From Minisyncoccia bacterium (lineage in GTDB: Bacteria; Patescibacteriota; Minisyncoccia; UBA6257; 2-01-FULL-56-20), in the NCBI GenBank assembly GCA_050015515.1, contig JBEKBG010000003.1, forward strand, positions 6,871 to 70,870: DNA of 64,000 bases. The letters are read 5' to 3'. The notes beneath the pieces are model-generated. The model worked only from the letters and a program-made list of their open reading frames with translations, was not told the DNA's origin and ran no database searches. Within the stretch, counting starts at the first letter, position 1; each line of letters begins with the position of its first letter. The position numbers and the translations under genes are program-made. This document shows, piece by piece, positions 1-10,222 of the stretch.

Positions 1-4
1 TATT

Positions 5-1030
5 GTGAACGCCAGCGAAAAAACCACATTCGAGATCTCATGGGCAACGCTCTGGCGCGTGCTCGTTTTCGTGGCGCTCTTTGCCGTGCTGTATGACGGC
101 CGACAGATCGTACTCGGGCTTTTTTTGGCGATCATCATCTCTTCCGGGCTGGAAGGGATCGTGGATTTTTTTGAGACCCGCATCAGCCTGCCACGAAGCG
201 TGAGCGTCATTTTGATCTTTCTCATCGCGCTGATCATTTTTGTTGCGGTTGTCTATACCGTCATTCCGTTCCTGCTCGTGGAGATCGGCACGATCCTTTC
301 CGGCGTCAATGCAGCGAGCCTCGGCGGATGGGGGATCTTGCTCGATCTCAAGGCGCCACAATCGGTGGGATCGCTCGTTGGGAAAGTATCTTCACAATTC
401 ATTTCCGGCAGCGCCTCGCCGCTCCAACTTTTTTCCCAGATGCTCGGAAGTTTCGGCCTCGCGGTGGCGGTGTTCGCGAGCTCGTTCTATTTGAGCATCA
501 GCCATGACGGCGTGGAAAAATTCTTAAAGATCGTCGTGCCGCCGGATTACGACGAGACGGCAATGCGGATCTATAAGCGGTCCAAAGAATTGATCGGGTC
601 GTGGTTTCGGATGCAGGTGGTGCTCAGCGCGATCATGGGATTTTTAGTATGGGGAGGATTGTCGCTGCTTGGCGTGCGGTACGCGTTCTTGATCGCCATT
701 TTGGCGGCGATTTTCGAGCTGGTGCCGTTCCTCGGGCCGATCCTTTCCGGCGCGGTCGCCGTCGTTGCGGCGCTTTTGACCTCCGCCATACTCGCGTTCT
801 GGACGTTGGTATTCTTCCTCATTGCACAGCAGTTCGAATCGCATGTCCTCGTGCCGCTTTTGAGCCGCCGGTCGGTGGGACTGCATCCGGTCATCGTCAT
901 CGTCGCATTGCTTATCGGCGCGGAAATGGGCGGTGTACTTGGGCTCATCATCGCCGTCCCGCTCGCGGCGATCGCGCAGGAGATAATTCAGGATTGGTCC
1001 TCAAAGCGCCGAGCAAAAGCTATGGCATGA
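5..1030 (+). CDS. AI-2E family transporter (PerM/UPF0118-like polytopic membrane protein); may be 5'-partial at window edge
   Basis: 341-aa ORF with multiple TM segments and family-typical C-terminal core; GTG at position 5 with no upstream stop inside the window. Confidence 0.7.
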   Translation: MNASEKTTFEISWATLWRVLVFVALFAVLYDGRQIVLGLFLAIIISSGLEGIVDFFETRISLPRSVSVILIFLIALIIFVAVVYTVIPFLLVEIGTILSGVNAASLGGWGILLDLKAPQSVGSLVGKVSSQFISGSASPLQLFSQMLGSFGLAVAVFASSFYLSISHDGVEKFLKIVVPPDYDETAMRIYKRSKELIGSWFRMQVVLSAIMGFLVWGGLSLLGVRYAFLIAILAAIFELVPFLGPILSGAVAVVAALLTSAILAFWTLVFFLIAQQFESHVLVPLLSRRSVGLHPVIVIVALLIGAEMGGVLGLIIAVPLAAIAQEIIQDWSSKRRAKAMA

Positions 1031-1100
1031 GCAGTATGCTGTGCTGAGGCATGGAAGATTAAATGCCTCAGCACAGCATACTGCTCATGCCATAGCTTTT
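1015..1100. terminator. 38-bp perfect inverted repeat hairpin (loop ggaagattaa) overlapping the stop codon of the upstream gene
   Basis: aaaagctatggcatgagcagtatgctgtgctgaggcat ... atgcctcagcacagcatactgctcatgccatagctttt read directly from the sequence. Confidence 0.6.
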
Positions 1101-1146
1101 GCTCGATGGGTTGCAGAAAGAGGAGAAAAAATAGTACGCTATTGCA

Positions 1147-2592
1147 ATGGACTCACGCGACGAATTTTATATCACGACCCCGATCTATTATGTGAACGAC
1201 AAACCGCATATCGGCCATGCGTATTCGACGATTGTCGCCGACACACTCGCGCGCTGGCGCGAGACGCGCGGAGAGCACGTGGTGTTTTCCACCGGCGTGG
1301 ATGAGAATGCGCAAAAGACGGTTGATGCGGCGAAGAAGACCGGCGAGGAGATCCACGCGTATACCGACCGCATGGCGGATATTTGGAGCGGAACGTGGGC
1401 AAAACTCGGTATTTCAAACACGGATTTTATCCGCACCACGGAGGAGCGGCATATCGAAGTGGTCAATGACATTTGGGGCCGCATGGAGGCCGCCGGGGAT
1501 ATCTATAAAGGACAGTATCAGGGATTGTATTGCAAAGGACATGAGGCGTTCATGAAAGAGGACGAGCTGACGCCTGACGGGCTTTGCCCTGAGCACAAAG
1601 TTGCGCCGGAGCTCATTACCGAAGAAAATTATTTCTTCCGTTTATCAAACTATCAACAGAAGTTGCTGGATTTTTATGAAACACACGGCGAGTTCGTCGC
1701 GCCCGCGCACCGGTTCAACGAAGTGCGCGCGTTTGTCGAGAACGGTCTGGAGGATGTGAGTTTCTCGCGCGAAAAGAAGGAGTGGGGGATCCCGGTGCCG
1801 GACGATCCCGGCCAGGTCATCTATGTATGGGCCGACGCGCTCGTGAATTACATCACTATCGTCGGCGTGGAGGGATGGGAAGAACATCCGGCGGATGTGC
1901 ATGTGATGGCAAAAGAAATCGTGCGATTCCACGCGGTGATCTGGCCGGCGATGCTCATGTCCGCTGGGTTGCCGCTGCCCGGACAGATCGTTTCCACCGG
2001 ATTTCTTACCGTGAACGGAACGAAGATGTCAAAGTCATTGGGTAACGGGGTGGACCCGCTCGATCTTGCGGCGCGCTACGGCAACGATGCGGTGCGCTAT
2101 TTTCTCCTGCGCGAGGTTTCCTTCGGCGATGACGGCGATTTTTCCGAGGCCAAGATGAAGGAGCGCTACAACGCGGACCTTGCAAACGGGCTTGGCAACT
2201 TTGCCGCGCGGGTACTGACGTTGGCGGAAAAGGAAACGCTGTCCACGGCAGATGCCACGCTCGACGGTGATTTTGATATCACGATCGAGACGATGAAGCG
2301 AATGGTCTACGCGAAGTTAAAAGAGTATAAATTCTCCGACGCACTCGCCGCGATCTGGTCCGCGATCTCGTTCGGCGATCGCTATGTGAATGAGCGGAAG
2401 GTGTGGGAGATAAAAGACGACGCCACGCGCGCGGTGACGCTGTTCAATCTTGTGTCGTTACTTGAAGCTGTCGCGACCGAGCTCGTGCCATTTTTGCCGG
2501 AGACATCCCACAAAATCCGTGCGGCAATTGTGCGCGAAGGCGGTGTGTTAAAGACGAAGAAGCCGGACACGCTGTTTCCGCGGATAAAATAA
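1147..2592 (+). CDS. metG: methionyl-tRNA synthetase (short form, 481 aa)
   Basis: class I HIGH motif (PHIGHAYS) and KMSKS (KMSKSLGN); MetRS-like N-terminus ITTPIYYVNDKPHIGH. Confidence 0.92.
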   Translation: MDSRDEFYITTPIYYVNDKPHIGHAYSTIVADTLARWRETRGEHVVFSTGVDENAQKTVDAAKKTGEEIHAYTDRMADIWSGTWAKLGISNTDFIRTTEERHIEVVNDIWGRMEAAGDIYKGQYQGLYCKGHEAFMKEDELTPDGLCPEHKVAPELITEENYFFRLSNYQQKLLDFYETHGEFVAPAHRFNEVRAFVENGLEDVSFSREKKEWGIPVPDDPGQVIYVWADALVNYITIVGVEGWEEHPADVHVMAKEIVRFHAVIWPAMLMSAGLPLPGQIVSTGFLTVNGTKMSKSLGNGVDPLDLAARYGNDAVRYFLLREVSFGDDGDFSEAKMKERYNADLANGLGNFAARVLTLAEKETLSTADATLDGDFDITIETMKRMVYAKLKEYKFSDALAAIWSAISFGDRYVNERKVWEIKDDATRAVTLFNLVSLLEAVATELVPFLPETSHKIRAAIVREGGVLKTKKPDTLFPRIK

Positions 2593-2609
2593 TCTTCGCC
2601 CGCAGGCTG

Positions 2610-3206
2610 TTATCGCCGCGTTTCGTCAAAGAGGCTTTCGTAGACGCGATTGATGTCGCGGTGGAAGTGTTCGATATCGTCGTGGTTGTTCTCGATCACG
2701 ATCTCGGCGCGGAGTCCGATGTCGGGAATATCCACTTCCGTCCGCGCCTGTTCCTGCCGCGCAAAATTCTCCCACGTCGTCGCGCCCTCGCCGGCGCGGT
2801 TTCGCGCGAGCAGGCGGGCATAGCGCACTTTCGGATCGGCGGGAATATATATGATGATCGATTTTATTCCTTCCTCATTGAGATCGCGTAGCATCTTTTC
2901 GTCTCCAAGCCATCGTATGCCGTCCAGAATGGTCACGTCAACGTCTTCGTGCGTGATGCGGTTTTTCATCGCGCGCGCAAGCGCCCCATCCTTGAAACCA
3001 GTTTCCGCGTTCATAATGATCGCCATCTTTTGCTCGTTATCGCGCCCATGCGGAATGCCCCATAGGTCGAGCGTCTCGCGCAGGATCTCAGAGAACGTAT
3101 GACGGCTCACCGAATAACCGTCTTCGATGAGCAGTTTTTCCAATACGTTCGCGCAGGTTTCCTTTCCTGCGAGCGGCGCGCCGACGATGCCGATGACGAG
3201 TTTCAT
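2610..3206 (-). CDS. P-loop NTPase, putative nucleoside/nucleotide kinase-like protein
   Basis: Walker A GAPLAGKET near N-terminus; ATG at 3206 preferred over the TTG at 3224 used by the ORF track. Confidence 0.5.
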   Translation of the reverse strand: MKLVIGIVGAPLAGKETCANVLEKLLIEDGYSVSRHTFSEILRETLDLWGIPHGRDNEQKMAIIMNAETGFKDGALARAMKNRITHEDVDVTILDGIRWLGDEKMLRDLNEEGIKSIIIYIPADPKVRYARLLARNRAGEGATTWENFARQEQARTEVDIPDIGLRAEIVIENNHDDIEHFHRDINRVYESLFDETRR

Positions 3207-3250
3207 ATAATGGTATTGTAACAAAAAAATTGTGATAAGATGAATCTACT

Positions 3251-4126
3251 ATGGCTGAACAACCCTATTTCCTCGACGCCCATACCCACGTGCAATTTTC
3301 CGGTTACGACGCCGATCGCGGCGCGGTCATCCAACGCGCGCTTGACGCGGGTGTCCGGAAGATGATCGTCATTGGCACACAGAAGGATACGTCGCGTTCA
3401 GCGGTGGCGTTGGCGGAGCAATATCCCGACAATGTCCGCGCTGCGATCGGGCTTCACCCCATCCACACGAGTCGGTCGTTCCACGATGCGCAGGAGCTCG
3501 GCGGCGGAGACGCGGCGCAGGCGTTCACCTCGCGCGGCGAGAGTTTTGATATGGACTATTACCGAGCGCTCGCGCGGGATCCACGGACGGTCGCGATCGG
3601 CGAATGCGGCCTGGATTATTTTCATTTCAACGACGACGAGCCGCGCGAGGTGCAGATCGCCCGGCAAAAAGATGCGTTTCTTTTACAGATCGATCTTTCT
3701 AAAGAAGTGAGGAAGCCGCTCATGGTCCATTGCCGCGATGCGTTTTCCGACCTTATCGAGTTTCTTCAGCCGCATGCGGACGATCTTACGCCCGGCGTCG
3801 TGCATTTTTTTACCGGCACCGCAGATGACGCCCGGCGTCTGCTCGACATGGGATTTTCATTTACCTTCGGCGGCGCGATTACGTTCCCGCCACGCAAAGG
3901 AAGAACGCAGGGCGACTATGACGAGGTGATCAAGCTGATCCCGATCAATCGCATCATGAGCGAGACCGACGCGCCGTACGTCGCTCCCGCGCCGTTTCGT
4001 GGCAAGCGCAACGAGCCGGCGTATGTGGTGCACGTGGTGGCACGGCTTGCGGAATTGAAAGGCGTCTCGACGGATGAGATGAAGGCGCAGATAGAAGAGA
4101 ACTCGCAGCGGATATTTGGGATATAA
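3251..4126 (+). CDS. TatD family metal-dependent hydrolase/DNase
   Basis: N-terminal FLDAHTHV motif, family-typical length and conserved His/Asp/Glu positions. Confidence 0.85.
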   Translation: MAEQPYFLDAHTHVQFSGYDADRGAVIQRALDAGVRKMIVIGTQKDTSRSAVALAEQYPDNVRAAIGLHPIHTSRSFHDAQELGGGDAAQAFTSRGESFDMDYYRALARDPRTVAIGECGLDYFHFNDDEPREVQIARQKDAFLLQIDLSKEVRKPLMVHCRDAFSDLIEFLQPHADDLTPGVVHFFTGTADDARRLLDMGFSFTFGGAITFPPRKGRTQGDYDEVIKLIPINRIMSETDAPYVAPAPFRGKRNEPAYVVHVVARLAELKGVSTDEMKAQIEENSQRIFGI

Positions 4127-4172
4127 AGGAAGATTGAGAAAACCTCGCGAAAGCGATAGAATGGGAGTACTG

Positions 4173-6677
4173 ATGATTCCCTACGACCCAAAGAAGATCG
4201 AGGAAAAATGGAATAAAAAATGGCTCGAAGAGAAGGTCTTTAAAGCTGTCGACGATTCGGCGAAGCCGAAATATTATCAGCTGGAGACGTTCCCATATCC
4301 GTCCGCGGCGGGATTGCACATGGGCCATCCCAAGGGCTATACCGCGGAAGATATTCACGCGCGCTATATGCGCATGCACGGGTATGAAGTGCTTTACACG
4401 ATGGGATGGGACGCATTCGGACTCCCGACGGAAAATTATGCGATCAAAGTAGGGAGGAATCCGAAAGAGATCGCGCGCGAGAACACGGACAACTTCCGCC
4501 GTCAGGTGCAGATGTTCGGCTTCTCGTACGACTGGGACCGCGAGATCGATACTTCCTCGCCCGAATATTATAAGTGGACGCAGTGGCTCTTTATCCAGCT
4601 TTTCAAAAAAGGACTGGCGTATCGCAAGAATGCCAGAGCGAACTGGTGCCCAAAGGATCAGACCGTGCTTGCGAACGAGCAGGTGATCGACGGCAAATGC
4701 GAACGGTGTGGGAGTGTGATCGAAGAGCGCATGATGGAGCAATGGTTCCTTAAGATCACCAATTATGCGGATCGGTTACTCGCCGATTTGAAGGGCCTCG
4801 ACTGGCCGGCGGCGACGATCAAGCGCCAAGAGGACTGGATCGGAAAGAGCGAAGGGGCGCTGCTGAAATTTTCATTAAAAAATTCTGACGCGGCGATCGA
4901 AGTCTTTACGACGCGTCCAGACACACTGTTCGGCGCGACATACCTTGTTCTCGCACCGGAGCATCCGTGGGTGACGCTCGCGCTCGCCGACCAACACGAT
5001 ATTCTATTGAACAACGATGAAGTGAAAAAATATGTGGAAACGTCTTCTCATAAGACTGACCGCATGCGCCAGGAAGACGTAAAGGACAAAACCGGCGTGG
5101 AGCTGAAAGGGGTGATGGCTATCAATCCTGCAACGAAGGAAGAAATACCAATGTGGGTCGCGGATTATGTTTTAGGTTCGTATGGCACCGGCGCTATCAT
5201 GGGCGTGCCCGCGCACGACGAGCGCGACTTCGAGTTCGCAAAGAAATTTGGATTGCCGATAAAAAAGGTGGTGGTGCCGAAGCCGATCATTCCTGGCGTT
5301 CCTGTCGCGAGCGCCGCGATGGGTGGCGCATCGCCGGAGTTGCGGGCAGAAGAGGATCTGTGGGAGGGAGTCGGTGATCTGATAAATTCAGGTAAATTTA
5401 CGGGGATGAGCTCTGAAAAGGCCAAAGCGGAGATTGTTGCGTTCGTCGGCGGCGCGATGAAAACGCAGTACAAGATCCGCGATTGGTCCGTGTCGCGCCA
5501 GCGCTATTGGGAGGCGCCCGTCCCTATGATATATTGTGCAAAATGCGGGATTGTGCCGGTGCCGGAGAGTGAACTGCCGGTGGTGTTGCCGGATCTTGAA
5601 AACTATCGTCCGCAGGGGATGGCGCCGCTCGCCAGCTCGCCGAACTTCATCAACGTGAAGTGTCCGCAGTGCGACGGCGATGCCAAGCGCGATTCCGAAA
5701 CGCTCGACACATTTGTGGATTCTTCGTGGTATTTCCTTCGCTATCCGGATCCGCATAACGCGACCGCGATCTTCGATAAAGAAAAAGTGGCACATTGGAT
5801 GCCGGTGGATCTCTATGTGATCGGCGCGGAGCACACGGTGATGCACTTGCTCTACTCGCGTTTCATCACAAAGTTTTTGCATGACGAAGGATATCTCGCT
5901 TTCGTTGAGCCATTCAAGAAGATGCGGCATATCGGACTCATCATGGGCGCGGATGGCGCGAAGATGTCCAAAAGCAAAGGCAACGTGGTGAATCCCGACG
6001 AGATCGTCGCGGAGTTTAGCGTCGATGCCCTGCGAATGTATTTAATGTTCCTCGGCCCGTTCTATGAAGCGACGCCGTGGGATGCGAAGGGGATCCTTGG
6101 GGTCGAGCGATTTTTAAAGCGGTTCTGGAAATATTGCGCCGAAAATTTGGCGGGCGGAGGTGCCGCTGCCGGCGGCGCAGAGAAGCCGTCCGCGCGCGTT
6201 GCGCTCCATCGCACGATCAAAAAAGTAGGGGATGACATCGAGGCGTTCAAGTTCAACACCGCCATCTCGGCGCTTATGATACTCTTAAATGAGTTGGAGG
6301 CATCCGCATCGCTCGCACGCGAGGAACTCGCACCGCTCGTGAAGATCATCCATCCGTTCGTGCCGCATATGGCACAGGAGCTGTGGTCGCTCATGGGCAA
6401 TGCGAGCTATGTGGATTTCGAGCCGTGGCCCGCGTACGACGCGGCGCTTATCGCAGAGGAGAAGATCACCATCGTGTTCCAAGTGAACGGGAAGACGAAA
6501 GACGTGGCATCCGTGGGTGCGACGATCGATGAGGCCGCCGCAAAAAAAATGGCGCTCATGAGCGAAAAAGTGAAGGCCGCGATCGCCGCCGCCGCGGGTA
6601 ACGCGCAAGGCGCCGCTGTGTCGACGCCGAAACGCATCATCTACGTCGATAAAAAATTGGTCAATATCGTTATCTGA
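4173..6677 (+). CDS. leuS: leucyl-tRNA synthetase
   Basis: HMGH and KMSKS motifs, CP1/editing region; GGAG at 4164-4167 precedes the ATG at 4173 by 5 nt; the ORF-track start at 4116 overlaps tatD and is rejected. Confidence 0.92.
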   Translation: MIPYDPKKIEEKWNKKWLEEKVFKAVDDSAKPKYYQLETFPYPSAAGLHMGHPKGYTAEDIHARYMRMHGYEVLYTMGWDAFGLPTENYAIKVGRNPKEIARENTDNFRRQVQMFGFSYDWDREIDTSSPEYYKWTQWLFIQLFKKGLAYRKNARANWCPKDQTVLANEQVIDGKCERCGSVIEERMMEQWFLKITNYADRLLADLKGLDWPAATIKRQEDWIGKSEGALLKFSLKNSDAAIEVFTTRPDTLFGATYLVLAPEHPWVTLALADQHDILLNNDEVKKYVETSSHKTDRMRQEDVKDKTGVELKGVMAINPATKEEIPMWVADYVLGSYGTGAIMGVPAHDERDFEFAKKFGLPIKKVVVPKPIIPGVPVASAAMGGASPELRAEEDLWEGVGDLINSGKFTGMSSEKAKAEIVAFVGGAMKTQYKIRDWSVSRQRYWEAPVPMIYCAKCGIVPVPESELPVVLPDLENYRPQGMAPLASSPNFINVKCPQCDGDAKRDSETLDTFVDSSWYFLRYPDPHNATAIFDKEKVAHWMPVDLYVIGAEHTVMHLLYSRFITKFLHDEGYLAFVEPFKKMRHIGLIMGADGAKMSKSKGNVVNPDEIVAEFSVDALRMYLMFLGPFYEATPWDAKGILGVERFLKRFWKYCAENLAGGGAAAGGAEKPSARVALHRTIKKVGDDIEAFKFNTAISALMILLNELEASASLAREELAPLVKIIHPFVPHMAQELWSLMGNASYVDFEPWPAYDAALIAEEKITIVFQVNGKTKDVASVGATIDEAAAKKMALMSEKVKAAIAAAAGNAQGAAVSTPKRIIYVDKKLVNIVI

Positions 6678-6678
6678 T

Positions 6679-7677
6679 ATGGGGAAGGTCGTATTCATCA
6701 TTATCATCATCGTCGCGCTGGGCACCGGATTATATCTATACAGTTCCGGCGCGTTTGCGAACGGAGTGAAGGGGATTGATACGTTGTTCCCCGCGCCTTC
6801 CGGTATGGGATCATCCAGTGCAGGTTCTTCCTCCTCTTCTTCTTTAAGTTCATTCTGGAATGATCTTGGTTTCTCCGGCAGCGCCCATGCGCCCATCGGG
6901 CCATCGCTCACGCCTGCGGCGCCGGTGCAGCAGACGACGATCACTGCGCCATCATCCGGCGCGCCCGGTAACAATGCGACCGCGCCCGCCATCAATCCCG
7001 CCGATATTCCTGCGGGATATACCGCCGCCCAGCTTTCGCCATACTTCCATGACGTGCTATTCGGGAGCGTCTCCGCGGCGAGCTTCTATTCCTACGGCAC
7101 GATCACGCTGAACGACGATGATTATAATTCAACGGGGACGATCGACATCACGGGCTGGCAGATTAAGTCGAACGACGGCGATGAATATGTTCCGCAAGCG
7201 GTCAATTTGTACGATCCCACCGGGCTCGCACCGGAAAGCGATATCAACGTCAAGACCGGCGATACGGTGTTCATTTATTCGTCATCCGCGCCGTTCAACC
7301 TGCGGCTGAACGAGTGCATCGGCTACGCCGCGCATGTTGCCAATTTTGTTCCTGCGCTGCCGCTCACGTGCCCGTATATCAACCAGTCGCAGCTCCAGGA
7401 TTTTTCGGGCGTGTGCCAGAACTATCTTGATACCATCGGGCAATGCCAGATGCCAGTCCTGTCGGGCCCGCAGGTTCCGACCAACGATTACGCCTGCATG
7501 AATTACATCGAGAATAATTTTACGTACCGCTCATGCTTCGACCAGCACTCCGAGGACGCGAACTTTTTGAGCAACCAGGTATGGGTGTGGACCGGCAGCA
7601 GCCCCGTGAATCAGTATCACGACACGGTGCGTTTGCTCGACAAGAACGGATTGCTGGTGGATATTTATACGTACTAA
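6679..7677 (+). CDS. membrane-anchored secreted protein with lamin-tail-domain (LTD)-like segment and Cys-rich C-terminus
   Basis: N-terminal TM helix, Ser/Gly/Pro-rich linker, ITGWQIKSNDGDEY...VFIYSS resembling the LTD beta-sandwich signature, 8 Cys in C-terminal 100 aa. Confidence 0.5.
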   Translation: MGKVVFIIIIIVALGTGLYLYSSGAFANGVKGIDTLFPAPSGMGSSSAGSSSSSSLSSFWNDLGFSGSAHAPIGPSLTPAAPVQQTTITAPSSGAPGNNATAPAINPADIPAGYTAAQLSPYFHDVLFGSVSAASFYSYGTITLNDDDYNSTGTIDITGWQIKSNDGDEYVPQAVNLYDPTGLAPESDINVKTGDTVFIYSSSAPFNLRLNECIGYAAHVANFVPALPLTCPYINQSQLQDFSGVCQNYLDTIGQCQMPVLSGPQVPTNDYACMNYIENNFTYRSCFDQHSEDANFLSNQVWVWTGSSPVNQYHDTVRLLDKNGLLVDIYTY

Positions 7678-7680
7678 CAA

Positions 7681-7765
7681 AAAATAAGAAAAACTCCTCT
7701 CATTTTTTACGGTCACGTTCCTACGTGGTATTTCCGTAAAAAATGAGAGGAATTTTTCTTATTTC
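7681..7765. terminator. 32-bp inverted repeat hairpin (1 mismatch), bidirectional terminator between convergent genes
   Basis: aaaataagaaaaactcctctcattttttacgg ... ccgtaaaaaatgagaggaatttttcttattt; the loop contains a cacgt/acgtg mini-palindrome. Confidence 0.6.
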
Positions 7766-8775
7766 CTTTCCATCAATACCGCCTTTGCCGGGAATTGCTT
7801 TCCATCGCGGAGGATGAGCAGTTCGATCTCATCGCCGACATTGGATTCTTCCAGGAAATCGACGATGGGATGATCGCGGTCAAGGTGCTTTCCGTTGAAC
7901 TCCAGAATGATGTCCTTTTCTTTGATGCCTGCTTTTTCCGCAGGACTCTCGGGAACCACGGCATAGTCGTGCTCGCTTTCGCGCATGACATAGGCGCCGT
8001 AGTTCACGGAGAGCCCCATTTTTTTCTTGAGCACATCGTCGATCATTGTGTAGCGGACGCCGAGCAGCGGACGGTTGATGCGGCCGAATTTTTTTATGTC
8101 ATCGATATCGCGCCGCGCGGCGTTCACCGGGATCGCGAAGCCGATGTTTTGCGCGCCGGAGACGATCGCCGCGTTCACGCCGACGACGCAGCCGTCGCGG
8201 TCCACGATCGGGCCGCCGGAGTTGCCGGGATTGATCGCCGCGTCGGTTTGGATGAGACCGCGCATTTCCTGCGGCGGCGCGTCGGGTTCCGCCTGGGCGG
8301 TGATTGAGCGCGAAAGTCCGGAGACGATGCCGACGGAAACGGTATTGCGGAAGATGCCGAGCGCATTGCCGATCGCGATGAGCGACTGGCCGAGCTCCAG
8401 CTTCGTTGCGTCACCGAGCTTTACGCAGGGGAGTCCGTCCACGGCAATCTTCAAAATGGCGACATCGTTGATCGGATCGCGGCTTAAAATTTTTGCCGGG
8501 AAGGTGCGGCCGTCGGCAAGGATCACGGTGTATTCCGCTTTGCGTTCGCTCACCACGTGTTTGTTCGTAAGGATAAGCCCGTTCGGCGCGACGATGAATC
8601 CCGAGCCGCCGCCGGTCTGCACCATGCCTCGGTCGTCCACTGTCCCGTCCGGGATCGTCGGATTGAAGTCTTTCGGAAATTGCTTTTCAAGATCCGTCAG
8701 CCGCTCCGCGATGGCGATCGAAACGACCGAGGGCATGACCTTCTTTATGACCTTAATGACACGCTTGTCGTCCAT
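7759..8775 (-). CDS. HtrA/DegP-family trypsin-like serine protease with C-terminal PDZ domain
   Basis: catalytic His (TNKHV), Asp (DVAILK) and Ser (GNSGGP) motifs; PDZ-like C-terminus. Confidence 0.85.
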   Translation of the reverse strand: MDDKRVIKVIKKVMPSVVSIAIAERLTDLEKQFPKDFNPTIPDGTVDDRGMVQTGGGSGFIVAPNGLILTNKHVVSERKAEYTVILADGRTFPAKILSRDPINDVAILKIAVDGLPCVKLGDATKLELGQSLIAIGNALGIFRNTVSVGIVSGLSRSITAQAEPDAPPQEMRGLIQTDAAINPGNSGGPIVDRDGCVVGVNAAIVSGAQNIGFAIPVNAARRDIDDIKKFGRINRPLLGVRYTMIDDVLKKKMGLSVNYGAYVMRESEHDYAVVPESPAEKAGIKEKDIILEFNGKHLDRDHPIVDFLEESNVGDEIELLILRDGKQFPAKAVLMERK

Positions 8776-8849
8776 AGGATTATTCTAACATGAAAAAAGA
8801 AAACCGCCTTCCCCAAAAGATTCAATTTTCTTGGGTTGGCGGATTTTGG

Positions 8850-9104
8850 TTATGGGGTTACGCAACTTTGCAACTTGCTCTTCCACCAGTAATAGGAACG
8901 AACGCCGATCGCGACGATGTAGACCGCATATACTATCACCATCGTGATCTGCGAAGGAATGGGGATGTCTCTCTGAAATATGACGAGAATTTCTCCGATC
9001 ACGATGTAGGCGAGGGCGGTAAAAAAGAAAGCGACCGCACCACCTATGATTCCTACGATGAGTCCCAATACTGCGTTCAAAAGCATCAACTTTCTTTTCG
9101 ACAT
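8850..9104 (-). CDS. small two-TM membrane protein (hypothetical)
   Basis: 84-aa hydrophobic ORF; GAGGGTGG Shine-Dalgarno-like sequence 6-7 nt upstream of ATG; the antisense + ORF 8790-9170 is not hydrophobic and lacks an RBS. Confidence 0.4.
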   Translation of the reverse strand: MSKRKLMLLNAVLGLIVGIIGGAVAFFFTALAYIVIGEILVIFQRDIPIPSQITMVIVYAVYIVAIGVRSYYWWKSKLQSCVTP

Positions 9105-9192
9105 ATCGAACCACCCTCTATACAGAGATTAGCAGTGATATTTAAGGTTGTCAAAATTATCGGGAGATAATTCGCATCCGTCGCTTTGGCGT

Positions 9193-10095
9193 TTATTTCA
9201 CGAACCGTACATATATTCCCGACGGCACTACGCGGTCGGATCCTTTTTCGTTAATATGCAACTCGCCAAATTCTCCAGCGATTTTTTTGCCCGTTGCGAT
9301 TTCCGGGAAAGAGCTTTCCACGGCTTGCAAAAGCGATTGTGGCGCATATCCTGCGGCGTAGCCGTTCAACAAGAAGAACGAGCCGGGCTTTTGCGCGAAG
9401 ATTTTTTTGACGGCGTCGAGCAGGGGAATGATATCCTCTTCGATGCGCCACACTTCGCCGTCCGGGCCACGGCCGAATGCGGGTGGATCGAGAGTGATGC
9501 CGTCATACACCGAGCCGCGCCGGATCTCGCGTTCCACGAACTTGAGCGCGTCGTCGGCGATGTAGCGCAGCGTGTTCGGCGGCACCGCCGAAAGTGCCGC
9601 GTTCTCGCGCGCCCACGCGTTGCTCTGCTTGGATGCATCGAGGTGTGTCACCATCGCGCCGTGCTTGGCAGCGACGATGCTCGCGATACCGGTATAACCG
9701 AAGAGGTTCAAAACTTTTGGTTTGTCAGCGCTTTGCTCCGCACGTTTTACAAGCGCGCTCACCCGTTCGCCAATCCATTCCCAGTTCGGCGCCTGTTCCG
9801 GAAAGACGCCGGTGTGCTTGAACGACCCGGTGCGCAGGGAAAAGCGCACGTCGCCGTGCCATGCAATATTCCATTTGTCGGGCACGTTTTTTCCGCGCCA
9901 CGATCCCTTATCTTTGTCGAACTTGAACTCCGCCCCGGCCTGTTTCCATAATTCCGGATGGAGCGGTTTCCAGATCGCCTGTGTTTCCGGACGGATCAAA
10001 ACATGCGAGCCGAACTGCTCCACTTTGCGGTTATCGCCGGAATCGAGAAGCTCGTAATCGGCCCAGCCGTTCGTCGCAAGATCAATATGTTGCAT
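9193..10095 (-). CDS. class I SAM-dependent methyltransferase (RlmI/RlmK-like rRNA methyltransferase catalytic domain)
   Basis: SAM-binding motif LNLFGYTGIASI (motif I-like) and DPPAFGRG (motif IV-like DPP). Confidence 0.6.
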   Translation of the reverse strand: MQHIDLATNGWADYELLDSGDNRKVEQFGSHVLIRPETQAIWKPLHPELWKQAGAEFKFDKDKGSWRGKNVPDKWNIAWHGDVRFSLRTGSFKHTGVFPEQAPNWEWIGERVSALVKRAEQSADKPKVLNLFGYTGIASIVAAKHGAMVTHLDASKQSNAWARENAALSAVPPNTLRYIADDALKFVEREIRRGSVYDGITLDPPAFGRGPDGEVWRIEEDIIPLLDAVKKIFAQKPGSFFLLNGYAAGYAPQSLLQAVESSFPEIATGKKIAGEFGELHINEKGSDRVVPSGIYVRFVK

Positions 10096-10222
10096 GGGTA
10101 TAAGAGGATTATATCAGAAATCAAAAAGACCGTTCTTTCGAACGATCCTTTTGAAAATGGTGCTTACGGCGCCACATTAGATCGCCATCTTGATATCTAT
10201 AGTACTCGGATCTCTATGGACG

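Noticed and set aside
4116-4172. leuS start at 4116 or 4161 as in the ORF track
   Set aside because: It would overlap the tatD 3' end and lacks an RBS. ATG 4173 has GGAG 5 nt upstream and matches the conserved LeuRS N-terminus (MIPYDPKKIEEKW).
8790-9170. + strand 126-aa ORF antisense to the small membrane protein
   Set aside because: No RBS, hydrophilic with odd composition. The minus-strand ORF has a good SD and two clean TM helices, so that one was kept at low confidence.
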